From: Paramicrosporidium saccamoebae KSL3
Taxonomy: Eukaryota > Fungi > Cryptomycota
Length of the DNA stretch: 32,000 bases
Assembly (NCBI GenBank): GCA_002794465.1
Contig: MTSL01000169.1
Coordinates: forward strand, 123,098 to 155,097
Direction of reading: 5' to 3'
In this document: positions 1 through 9,768 of the stretch, one piece after another
Layout: each line of letters starts with the position of its first letter
Position numbering within the stretch: the first letter of the stretch is position 1
Position numbers and translations under genes: made by a program
Notes under the pieces: generated by a model
What the model was told of the DNA's origin: nothing
The model's database searches: none
What the model saw: only the letters and a program-made list of their open reading frames with translations

Positions 1-173
1 TGTGGTATCATCCCCACTACGCGTCATTTATGCCATCTCGGAGTAATATTCCAAGAATATTTGAACTGTTATGAGCTAAACCATGCAGCTGTCGGTGAAA
101 TCCCAATGGGCAGATTTCCCAATCAACCCCTGACTCGATCAAACGTTGGCTGTTTATATGGAAAATCTATGGG

Positions 174-3100
174 TTATTCTACAAGCATCTTAGATTCGCT
201 TTCTTTGCGCACAATCCTACCCAAATTGCTCACCGGCACACTACCGTCCCGCAGCATTGACCTTTTTACCGTCAGCTCCTTGGTAAACATCAGGATAGTT
301 TCTTTGATTATTGCAACACATTCTTCCTCGTGCGGGCTCAGCATCTCCCCCCCAAGCTGCTTGTAAATGACAAATTGCACAAAGTCGTTCCAATGCAGTC
401 CCAGCTCGCTGATGAGTTTTAGATCGGAAATGTTATCAGCACGATAGGCAAGCCAATTGTCAATGTGTAATTGTTGGAACTCAGTGTCCCTTGCTCCCCT
501 AAACCGCTTGTAGCTGGTCCGTTCGGCAAACAGAAGGAATGACAATGGATCCACAGCAGTCGTCTTGGAAATCAACTTTTGTCCAATGTCCACGAGCTCC
601 TCATAGATGATAAATTCAGGACCCATTCGCGTATTTCGACTGGAAATGCCACCATGACTTCGACGACCCCGTTGTTCCAATGCCGCAGTAATATTTCCAG
701 TGCCCAAAACGTGGTTCATTGATCCGCCCACCACACTGGCATGGGGGACTCGTCGTAGCTTGTACGAATTCCTCTTTCCACTAGTGATTCCCACGTCAGG
801 ATAGAAGCCAGACGTGAGAATAAGTCTCACAAGCGCATCATTTCCTGAATTCACATCAGCATCACTGCTGCTAACACCAAAGTTGTTGTTCAACTCTCTG
901 AATATCTGTCCACGCGACTCATCCAGACGACGGAATGCCGGGCGTGAGAAGAGGGATTCATAGGCATACATTTTTGGTCCAAAGTTGTGACCATTTTCCT
1001 TCCAGACGCTGAAAATGTCATGGGCAAGTAAATGATCACTTGCCAGGCCAGAATGTTGACGAGAATAAAAGTTGTGCAGATCAAACTTTTCGTGCGGCAG
1101 ACGGGTAGGTCGGAAGATGCGCTGTCCTAGCAAAGCCACCGACGTCAAAACCGGTCCAAGGCATCCAAAAATCAAAGCGGTAATCAGCATCTTTCCCATC
1201 GCCGGATGGATCGGAATGTTGGCGAGAAGACGTCCTAGTGGAGTCAGTTTCTCGTCTTGATCAATTGCTCCAATGCTCGTCAGTCGTTCCAGTGCAGCCG
1301 TCACTGCAAGCTTTTCAGGTGGATCAATAGCAGTGGCCAGTAACCGAGCCGATGACTGTGTAAATCCCATGGCCTTTAAATTCAAACATACCTCATCCAG
1401 TCCAAGTCGTAGGAGCTCGGGTAGGGTCTGGTCTGGTAGCAGCTTTGCTCTTGCTCGCGAATAGAATCCATAGTATTCTCCCGGCTGACAGCGTCCTGCC
1501 CTACCTAGACGTTGCCGGAGATTTGCTTTGCTAATCCAACATGGTTCAAGGACATTCATTCTCAATCGCTGATCATAATGCATCACCTTTTGCTTTCCAC
1601 TGTCAATCACATAGACAACATCGGGGATAGTCACACTCGACTCAGCAATGTTTGTGGCTAAAATAATTTTGCATACTCCAGGCGGCGGCCGTCTGAATGC
1701 GGCATCGGCTGATCCGATTGGCGAGGTGGAATGCAGCAGATGAATCTCTACCTGGCTGGCATCCAGTCTCGCAGCCAACAGTGCATTCATCTCGGTAATC
1801 TCGTCCCAGCCTGGTAGGAATGTGAGAATTGCCCCCGATGGCCTGCCATCCACAATTGACTCTATTAATGAAGCAATCAAATCAAACGGAATCTCCTGGA
1901 GCTTGTGGTCTTTGATAATAATCCCCGACATTTCAGGCTCACTCACAGACTCCTCCAATTCGGCCTTGATATAATCCTGAGTATCAGGGCTCATGCGGTC
2001 CGTTCGAAGACCAGTGGCTTTTAGCATCGGAACAATGTCGTCCAGATAATTCTCCTTGACAGGATGGTTTGTCCCTTCAATGTCCAAAACTCGACCAACC
2101 CTGAACCCCGCACTCTCAAAGTAGTTGACAAATTTTTTGGATTCCATCGTAGCCGACATTAAAACGACCCTCAAATCAGGACGGGTCTGCAAAATGTTCT
2201 TGACTACCAGTAGCAAAATGTCAGTGAACACGTCACGTTCATGGACTTCATCAAGTACTAGATGCGTCACTGATCGCAAATCCGGTTCTCGTTGTAGTCG
2301 TCGCAGCAAAATGCCCGCCGTGCAAAACACTACCGAACCATTAACGTTGGAGGACGGCGGTTTAGAGTCGAAGCGCACTGAATAGCCGATGGCAGCGCCT
2401 GTTCCTGGATTTGCATTGTCTCTTTCTTCAGCCACGCGTTGGGCAACTGTCTTGGCCGCAATACGACGTGGCTGTGTCACCAGTACTGACGGCGCTTTAT
2501 GATAATGTTCCTTGGCTTGCAAGTAATGCTCTAGAATGAACTGGGGGAGCTGAGTAGTCTTTCCACTGCCAGTGGCCGCCGAGAGGATTGTCACATTGTT
2601 GTGTTCAATGGTATTAATCAGTCGATGGTACAGGCCCCAAATTGGTAGACGGGAGCCTTCTCTGACAGGAGCGGGCAATGAGTTGATTACTGTCGTAGGA
2701 AGGGACCAGAATTCACGACTATTTGACCGCCGTTCGTTCTGTCTGTCATGAGGATCCTCTTCTGCAGTATTGATTTGGAATACTCCCGTCTCATTCAGAA
2801 TCTGACAAGTCTGCGCCAGTCGCTTCCGCAGTGAAGCCGAGATGGATACGGGAATGTACTGCGTCTCCTCCTCCCTCCTTTCCTTCTCACTCAAATATGT
2901 CGTAGGACAGTCGAGCGCATTATATAGTCGTTCTGCAAGATCCAGTCTTGCCATGACTCGGGCGTCCTTTACTCGTATCGATTGACCCACGCCGACTATT
3001 CGCCCCAGTCCGTGGTGCGCTTCTTTTAAAAGGTCATCCCGAACAGGCACCGATAATGCCACTCGGAACAAGCTCTTCGACCCGGGTGGATGTCCCTTTT

Positions 3101-3452
3101 CTTCCTCAATTTGAACGCTCTCCATGCCCGCATAACGGTCCATGTATGCACTCGACTGATTTGCAGTTGTAAAGCGTTGTTCACCCTCCTCCTCTGGAAG
3201 AACACACAATGGCTCGTTGGAAAAGTCGGACATCGGAGTGGGCAAGACTGTCAAATCTGGAGGGGCGTTGGGCCGTCGGCGTCGGGGCACAGTCGTTGTG
3301 ACAGATTCTGTGGAACTCTTAGAGGCTCCTGACTTTCTACTCCAACATCTGACAGTATTCGTTAGGGATACACCCAAAATCGAGGTAAGCGGATTGAGTG
3401 GACGACCTCCAAAAATACTAGCAATGGCCCTCCTTCCAATTTGGGCGATCAT
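174..3452 (-). CDS. DEAH/RHA-family RNA helicase (DHX30/DHX36/DHX57-like) with a putative mitochondrial presequence
   Basis: Motifs: I (AATGSGKTTQLPQ), II (LDEVHER), III (MSAT), IV (FLPGW), V (ATNIAESSVTIPDV), VI (QRLGRAGR), then an HA2-like segment (LTPLGRLLANIP). The ORF-track start at 3557 is GTG; the first in-frame ATG is at 3452 (MIAQIGRR). No intron is needed. Confidence 0.9.
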   Translation of the reverse strand: MIAQIGRRAIASIFGGRPLNPLTSILGVSLTNTVRCWSRKSGASKSSTESVTTTVPRRRRPNAPPDLTVLPTPMSDFSNEPLCVLPEEEGEQRFTTANQSSAYMDRYAGMESVQIEEEKGHPPGSKSLFRVALSVPVRDDLLKEAHHGLGRIVGVGQSIRVKDARVMARLDLAERLYNALDCPTTYLSEKERREEETQYIPVSISASLRKRLAQTCQILNETGVFQINTAEEDPHDRQNERRSNSREFWSLPTTVINSLPAPVREGSRLPIWGLYHRLINTIEHNNVTILSAATGSGKTTQLPQFILEHYLQAKEHYHKAPSVLVTQPRRIAAKTVAQRVAEERDNANPGTGAAIGYSVRFDSKPPSSNVNGSVVFCTAGILLRRLQREPDLRSVTHLVLDEVHERDVFTDILLLVVKNILQTRPDLRVVLMSATMESKKFVNYFESAGFRVGRVLDIEGTNHPVKENYLDDIVPMLKATGLRTDRMSPDTQDYIKAELEESVSEPEMSGIIIKDHKLQEIPFDLIASLIESIVDGRPSGAILTFLPGWDEITEMNALLAARLDASQVEIHLLHSTSPIGSADAAFRRPPPGVCKIILATNIAESSVTIPDVVYVIDSGKQKVMHYDQRLRMNVLEPCWISKANLRQRLGRAGRCQPGEYYGFYSRARAKLLPDQTLPELLRLGLDEVCLNLKAMGFTQSSARLLATAIDPPEKLAVTAALERLTSIGAIDQDEKLTPLGRLLANIPIHPAMGKMLITALIFGCLGPVLTSVALLGQRIFRPTRLPHEKFDLHNFYSRQHSGLASDHLLAHDIFSVWKENGHNFGPKMYAYESLFSRPAFRRLDESRGQIFRELNNNFGVSSSDADVNSGNDALVRLILTSGFYPDVGITSGKRNSYKLRRVPHASVVGGSMNHVLGTGNITAALEQRGRRSHGGISSRNTRMGPEFIIYEELVDIGQKLISKTTAVDPLSFLLFAERTSYKRFRGARDTEFQQLHIDNWLAYRADNISDLKLISELGLHWNDFVQFVIYKQLGGEMLSPHEEECVAIIKETILMFTKELTVKRSMLRDGSVPVSNLGRIVRKESESKMLVE

Positions 3453-3612
3453 GAGCACTCTACCCTGGACCCGCGCATATAAGAGGTGAAAGCTACGATT
3501 TGGAGGGAAAAGTTGTGATTTAGAGTGGGGAAATTCATTCGATATGAATGTGGTCACTATTCGACACGGCAGGATCGTGGGAGTTTATTAGACATGGCAT
3601 GATCGTGGTCGT

Positions 3613-4596
3613 TTACTCGATATGATCGTGGTCAATATCAATATCAAGATCAAGGTCATCTTCTGAAGACGAACCGTATCCGTTTGGCACTAGTACCTCT
3701 GTGGCCACCCTCCTCCGTCTCAGTTTGGCATCCCTGTTGCTCTTTTTGCTACTCGAAATCTCATCAAGTCCACTAATCTTGCTGGATCTACTGGTCGTGC
3801 TAAATGAGCTGCTCTCAACCCCAGCCTCTCCAGGATACAACCGTCCATATAAAGAGATACTCAGCACGGTGGTCACTACCAAGATTAATCCAAAGGAACA
3901 TATTCCAATAATGGTGCCAGCAAATACCCAACGCCAATAGTACATGAGATACCGAATTCCCGTAAAATGTGCGACCATCTCCAATGTGGCCTCATAGACG
4001 GGTAGACGTTGACCGACCGCCAATTCAAGAGTGACCGTCTCAGCAGGCAGTACGAGCCGTTCCATGAGGAACACTCGATGAGAAGTAGCTTCGCGGGCCA
4101 ATCCGAGGACAACTGGCATCATCCTCAGCCCGAGAAGCGCAGCCCGCACTGGCCATGATCGGTAAACAAGCAGAGTGGGTCGGTCTGAGTGCACAATAGT
4201 AGATTCACATTGCAGCTTGGTAGTTATCATGACATTTCCCAGCGACTCGGATAGACCCGCAATATCAGGCACCAGAAGCTGCAACGAAACATCGTACGGT
4301 ATTCCAGGCCGTAGACCGTCCAGCGTCAGGGCGCAGGATGGCCTTTGATTGTCAAACTGCAGATAGACGGGTCGTGAGATGCGCTCCGTCGGAATGTACC
4401 AGTTGTAAAGCACAATGTACGCAGACGTAATCATAGCAATGCCTCCCAGCACGAACACCCACCATAGCGCCAAGTGTGTCAAACATGTCCGCCAGTTTGC
4501 GCGGAAAAGGTCCAGCTGGTTCTTCATTACCCGCGGCTTCCATCGGTTTACTATTCCCGATGGAGCAAAGTCGCTCCGACCAAACTTGCCCTGCAT
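3613..4596 (-). CDS. Seipin (lipid droplet biogenesis; BSCL2/Fld1 family)
   Basis: Two TM helices flank a luminal domain with seipin-like motifs: LYNWYIP..ISRPVYLQF, PYDVSLQL, and LRYLMYYW-like GIRYLMYYWRW. Ser-rich and acidic cytosolic tail. ATG at 4596, TAA at 3613. Confidence 0.85.
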   Translation of the reverse strand: MQGKFGRSDFAPSGIVNRWKPRVMKNQLDLFRANWRTCLTHLALWWVFVLGGIAMITSAYIVLYNWYIPTERISRPVYLQFDNQRPSCALTLDGLRPGIPYDVSLQLLVPDIAGLSESLGNVMITTKLQCESTIVHSDRPTLLVYRSWPVRAALLGLRMMPVVLGLAREATSHRVFLMERLVLPAETVTLELAVGQRLPVYEATLEMVAHFTGIRYLMYYWRWVFAGTIIGICSFGLILVVTTVLSISLYGRLYPGEAGVESSSFSTTSRSSKISGLDEISSSKKSNRDAKLRRRRVATEVLVPNGYGSSSEDDLDLDIDIDHDHIE

Positions 4597-4743
4597 GGTC
4601 GTAAAGTTTTGGATTGATAGGCTTTATCTTTGCTAATTGGCCAGACATTGAAAGTCCCAGCCAATCACGCTGTGATGTAGAGAATTGATTAGTTGGATAT
4701 TTGAGGATGATTCCCTAGTTTGGAAAAGACATGTTTGTGCGGC

Positions 4744-4750
4744 TATAAAT
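4744..4750 (+). promoter_or_regulatory. TATA box (TATAAAT) with upstream CCAAT box (AGCCAATCA, core 4661-4665)
   Basis: Exact consensus matches, oriented toward the putative micro-gene at 4817. Function not shown. Confidence 0.45.
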
Positions 4751-4816
4751 AGGCCGTCTTTTTTTGTCTTCCCGCCTGACAAGGTACGTAACATCGTCCT
4801 ACCCCACTACACAGCA

Positions 4817-4861
4817 ATGCCACCACCTTACCAAACCCAATTCGTTGTACCACTCAACTAG
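4817..4861 (+). CDS. Putative 14-aa micropeptide MPPPYQTQFVVPLN with a 5'-UTR intron at 4784-4814
   Basis: Donor AAG|GTACGT at 4784, acceptor CAG at 4812-4814 (31 nt, within the local intron size range), ATG at 4817, tandem stops TAG TGA, then an AT-rich tail. Confidence 0.35.
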   Translation: MPPPYQTQFVVPLN

Positions 4862-4886
4862 TGAAGCATATATATTCATTTAAAGC

Positions 4887-7800
4887 CTAAATCTGTTCTG
4901 CTGCATTCGTGTCAACATCCATCTGGCTACCAAGCCAATCCTTGTATCGGCGCAGGGCCGTCCTCGTCTTACGCGCCTTCTTCCTTCCCAACCGCACCAG
5001 ATAGTCTTCCGTGTTTTCCACATAAAATAGCTTGTAGGTATTAATGGCAATCTTGCACTCCAAATTGTAGCCTACAGCCAGATGGGCCGGATCCACTGTC
5101 ACCTCCTTGCGTCGGTTCCGTTGCAGGAACACCTTGGAGGCCGAATTGAGATAGCGAGAGTTGCTTTCCAGCTTTACAAAATTGTCAACATATGTGGACC
5201 ACTTGCTCTCTGCCGATGCCCCTGCGCCAGAGCCTTCTGATAGTCTCTCCAAAAGCTGGATAGACAGTTTTCCCGTCCTTGGTGCATACTCGATACGATA
5301 AACATTTTCCTTGCTCGGCACAGTACTCTCCACCGCCAATCGCACAGAATATTCCGACAGTCTCATTGATGGCTTGCGGCTGTTCCAGGAATCAAAGAGA
5401 CGCACAAGTTGTTCACAGGATGGGTCAGAGAGAACAACTTGGACCTGCTTCACCAGTGTCTGAAGAAGTTTGTCAAATGTGAAAATGGGATATGCTGCCG
5501 TTCCAAACATGAAGCGCACACGCTCCTCAAACACGCCAGGATCCACATTTCCACACACCAGCTGTCTCAGGAGCACCAGGAGCGTCTGATAGAAATCACC
5601 GGATAATTCAGCTTTTGTTTCTGAATGGGCTTGTAGGTCTAAAAATGACGCCACCACGCTGCTCTTCTCAACAAAGAATGGGGCGCCATTTGCTGCCTTG
5701 GAGGCTCCCTGCATCTTTTCCAGCCGCTCCAGTGACATTTGCAACAATCTCGTCAAAACGTACAAATTGCTGTTTGCAAATAATAATACAGGCATTGTCT
5801 GGGCGGGGGTGACCTCGGGCTGCTCCTTGGCCATAATGATGGCCTCTTCAAAGGCTTCCCGGTCCTCGGCTTCAGAGTCCGACTCGCTTCCGGTCTGGGT
5901 GCTGCTTCCTTCGGACTGGCTTACAGAGTCCCTACGAGCCACAACTTGATCTGGCTCAGAAGATGTTGTCAGGGCAAAGAAACTTGGCAAGAAGCTGCTG
6001 ATAAAGCGAAGTACTGCTTTGCGGTCATTTCGGACAAAGGACGGCGACACCTTTACATACGATTTGATCAAGGTAGACAGGTCCTGGGCCAATTCAGACG
6101 ATCCTTTGCACGCAAATTCTAAATGATTCGGGGAAAAGGTCTCGCCGCGATCTACACCTCTGCGCCTCTCGCCGACAATTGCCTCAATTTCGGCGATGAG
6201 CGCACGTCCTGAAATGTTGCGACGATCGTTGGCCTTGAATTCAATTCCTTGATGGTCCAAGGCCTTGTAGTAATTTTTGACATGAATGTCGCGCCAAATC
6301 TTATTCCAATCTCGTTGGACTCTTCTCCACTCCTCATCCTTTTGCTTCAATCGACGAAGTACAACTGGGACGGCTACAGAGGGGTTCTTTTGAAGTCCTG
6401 CAATCACTTCATCAGCCTTGTCACCATAAATCTTGCGAATCGCTTTTTTATAAATGACAGTGGAAGAGCCGCCCAAAGTGGGACCTAGCGTCAGGGCTGC
6501 CTTTTCTTCGGCTGACATTGCCTCAATTTTCCTTGACAGCGGCTCAAAGACGGCAATTGTCGCCAAATTGTAGTCAATCAATAGATCCATCTCAAATCGC
6601 TCATCTTCACACCGAAACAGGGACTCTTCATACTGATTCTTTTTGGAGGCAATAAAGGTGCTGTCTTCGCTGTTAAAAACGGGACAAGAAACCATGGTGT
6701 CATTCAAGACTTCCAGACCAACTGGCGAACGATGCGAGCTTTTTGGTAACAGATGAGATTTTGGATACAGACGATAACTGCCAAACTTTTTGCAGGCCTG
6801 TAGATTCAACTCGCCGTGTTCGTTGACAAGTGTTACACCCAGTCTCCAAATCCGACCCTCAGACGACGACGGATCAGTGTATCCAATGTACCGCTTGAAC
6901 CACCCAAACAGCTCTTCATTGGGACCAATGAAGCGATGGACCAAATGGACCAAGTCTTGCATCTTAATAATGTCCTGACAGAATAAATTCAGACACTTTA
7001 AGAATTCAGAGTAAGCCTGCTTGTCCCCCAAAAACCTCTTCACACGCTCAAAAAATGCCGACTCTTCAGCAGACCGATTGGAGACGCTTGCTGCTTGACG
7101 CGAACGCTTGGAAGTCTTGCTTGGAGGGAGCGGCTGCTGGGCCGGTCGCTTTGGAACGGCGACACTATTTTTGGCTTCAAGACGGGCGCTGGAAGATCCT
7201 CCCGACATTCCTGCAGGCCCTAAGCCTGACTGGGCCAGACGGTTAGTAATTATGGTGGCTTCATTTTCGGGAAGGAATAAGACAAATTCTTCTAGCAAAT
7301 CATTGTGTTCAGCAAACAGACTGGCAACCTCCATATAGACTTCAAAGATTGTCTTTTGCTCCTTGTGATACGAGTGCAGAGCTGCCAGAAAAGTCTTGTA
7401 AATGTCTGGCTCGTTTGCAAATCGATGCTTAATCTTCTTCACATAGGAAATGGCCCTAACAAACTGGGCAGACGACTTTTTACCAGTGGGGGTTGAGGAG
7501 CCGGCCGGAGTGGAGATGGGGGGCAAACTTGGAGGCGCCGAAATGACTGGCGGCGCAGCTGGTGGGCCTTGAGAGATGACGGGAGGAGGCCGCGGCCCAG
7601 ACATGGACGGGACGGCGTAGCCTGAGGGGAATTGGGAAGAATTGTAGTATGGGGTCGATGAGGGGCCCTCCGGCATCCAATGCTGGGGATAGTTACCCGA
7701 CCCGGCACCCCCCATGGAAGGCAGCGACTGTGGAATGCCCTGAGCATTGACGGCAATTCCCATGGACGCAGCAACTTGCATTAGATGAGGCGGCAGTACA

Positions 7801-8556
7801 CCCGTCTCTGCAACCACGGGATCAATATGATGAGTCCTAGGAAGGAAGGCATTGAAGCCTTGAATCAGCGCTTTGTGGCCCTTGAACAGCTGTACCACCC
7901 GAACAATCACTCCGTTTGCATCAATCCTACGACAAATAAGGAAACGAACATAAACAATACGCATTAGCCTTGAATTCCCTCATAATCTGCAGAAAGCGAT
8001 TGTACACATCTGGCTGGTCCACAAATTCGGCCTTGACACGGTCCAAATACGCAAACGCATCATGCAACTCCATTTTCTGCGGCTGCGGCGTCTGGCCGGG
8101 AGCCGGCGAGGGCCCTGAATGGTACGGCTGCGCACCAGGCAGCATGACATACCCGGGGGCACCGGATGGATACGTGGCATTGAGTATACGTGGAGGCGGT
8201 GCGTTCTGTGCGCTATGAAGTGAATGCGGACGCGGAGACGTTGAGATGGCTGGCCCCTTTGCTGTCAACATACTCGCGGGCAACTGCACAATGTTAGGAC
8301 GCTGCAACGGATGCGGCTTGGAGCCAATGGGAATCCCCGTCTTCATACCGGTAACTGTCCCGATGGAGGGAAGTTCGATTTGCACGGGTCTCTCTGATTT
8401 TGTCTCGTCTGTGGGGGAGGGGGTGGAGGTGGAGGAGGGTGAGATTGGCACAGGTGATGGGAGCTTCACCGGCACGTCTGTCATTTTCTCACTGGCGGCT
8501 GGTGGATGCGCCTCGGATTGCATTTCGACGGGCAGGTCGGTGGGCTCTACTTCCAT
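4887..8556 (-). CDS. SIN3: Sin3 transcriptional co-repressor (PAH1-3, HDAC-interaction domain, C-terminal domain)
   Basis: Exons 8556-7961 and 7926-4887. The 34-nt intron 7927-7960 (GTATTG..CGTAG) restores PAH1 (FKANA-IDANGVIVRVVQLFKGH). PAH2 AISYVKKIKHRF, PAH3 FFERVKRFL, HID GSYRL..KKNQYEESLFRCEDERFEMD. About 1211 aa. The ORF-track start at 8664 is GTG, so the first ATG (8556) is used; true start uncertain. Confidence 0.93.
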
Positions 8557-8686
8557 GACGTCGGATGTGACAGTGTTGATGAGTGCCGCGACGACAAGCA
8601 AATCGTTATTGGCGGTGGCCGGGGCTCCGTTTGTCTTTGCACAAAAGAGGAGGGGTCCCGCCACCCTGGATTAGCGAATTTATTAA

Positions 8687-9016
8687 ATGGCTGATTTGCT
8701 CAAGGGAGCTGACGACGAGGATGGACGGACTGAGATGCTCCGAGAGGCTGGGCGAATGCAGGAAAAATACTGGAATATGGGGTTTAAGAGGGGCATATTT
8801 GAAGCCCGCCAGGAACATGTGCAAGCCGGCTTTGATGTAGCATTTGAGACCTTGGCCCTCCAGTCCTTTTGCACTGCCTTTCTAGACGAGCTCCCCGAAC
8901 ATTCCCGACTGCCAGTAACAGACTATACTGACATTGTCGTTGAATCGACGCCCCAAGAGCTCGAAGACTTGTACCGGCACATTGAGACGCTTGTGAAAGA
9001 CAAAATGTGCATATAA
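8687..9016 (+). CDS. Yae1-like protein (Yae1_N family; Fe-S delivery to Rli1/ABCE1)
   Basis: 109 aa. MGFKRGIFEARQEHVQAGFDVAF resembles the GY.DG...K....Q.GF..G repeat of Yae1/Lto1. Confidence 0.55.
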   Translation: MADLLKGADDEDGRTEMLREAGRMQEKYWNMGFKRGIFEARQEHVQAGFDVAFETLALQSFCTAFLDELPEHSRLPVTDYTDIVVESTPQELEDLYRHIETLVKDKMCI

Positions 9017-9195
9017 TGCGGCCTCTGCTGACGATTGGTCTCGATTCAGGCCCATTAACAATCGGTTCTGTTAGTGAAACAGAACCCAAAGCCTGACTCT
9101 TAACCATAATCCTTCAGGCCTCGACTGCGGTGGTCAGGCGATCCATAGAATTGTAGTACTCACAGACAACGTCGCCAAATACAATTAATAGATTT

Positions 9196-9680
9196 ATGGT
9201 TATGGACGCCCACGCAGGGACAAGAGGCTATGAATGTACCACACTAATTTGTCAAGACAGTTTTCAGATTTAGAGCATACGGCAGACATACAGATACATT
9301 CATGGGGAGGGTCCCTGGAAGAATCCTTTATTGAATGCGCATATGCATTATATGACTACATGACGGACCGTTCCACCGTTAATGTGGATTCCCAACACAC
9401 CACAACGATCAACGTCACAGGCGATGGGGTGGACAGGTTATTGTATAATTTCCTGGACGAGCTACTGTTCCGATTCTCGGCGACACCGTTCCTGGTGGCC
9501 AAGAGGATTGAGATGCGGGTGTTTGATGTGGAGGGGGGACGACTGGAGGCAACATGCTTTGGGGAGCCGTTTGAGTCTGAGAGACACCCGTGTGGCACAG
9601 AAGTCAAGGCAATTACCACGAGCAACCTGCAAATTTCCCCTGTGAGTCCGTATGATATTTACATAATCTTTGATATCTAA
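9196..9680 (+). CDS. Archease (RtcB RNA ligase cofactor)
   Basis: Exons 9196 (or 9202)-9235 and 9268-9680. The 32-nt intron 9236-9267 (GTACCA..CTAAT..TTCAG) gives GYEY-LEHTADIQIHSWG, matching archease YEYLDHTAD. GTEVKAIT and C-terminal IFDI are present. Confidence 0.9.
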
Positions 9681-9768
9681 AGACGCGTTATGCTATGATA
9701 CTATTTGTGCTTTATTGTTAAATTGTAGTAATGTTATTGACAATTGTCCGATTAACACTGAATGGGGC

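Noticed and set aside
1-366. Open + strand frame (ORF-track 61..366) overlapping the helicase 3' end
   Set aside because: TTG start, no recognisable motif, and mostly antisense to the helicase. A gene end entering from the left cannot be excluded but cannot be supported.
8666-8713. Branch/acceptor-like GCTAATCCAG upstream of Sin3, suggesting an extra 5' exon
   Set aside because: No GTA donor at the 27-38 nt spacing, and it would overlap the Yae1-like start.
9149-9165. TGTAGTA resembling the U2 branch-pairing sequence
   Set aside because: The flanking invariant U2 sequence (AAGATCAAG..TCTGTTC) is absent.
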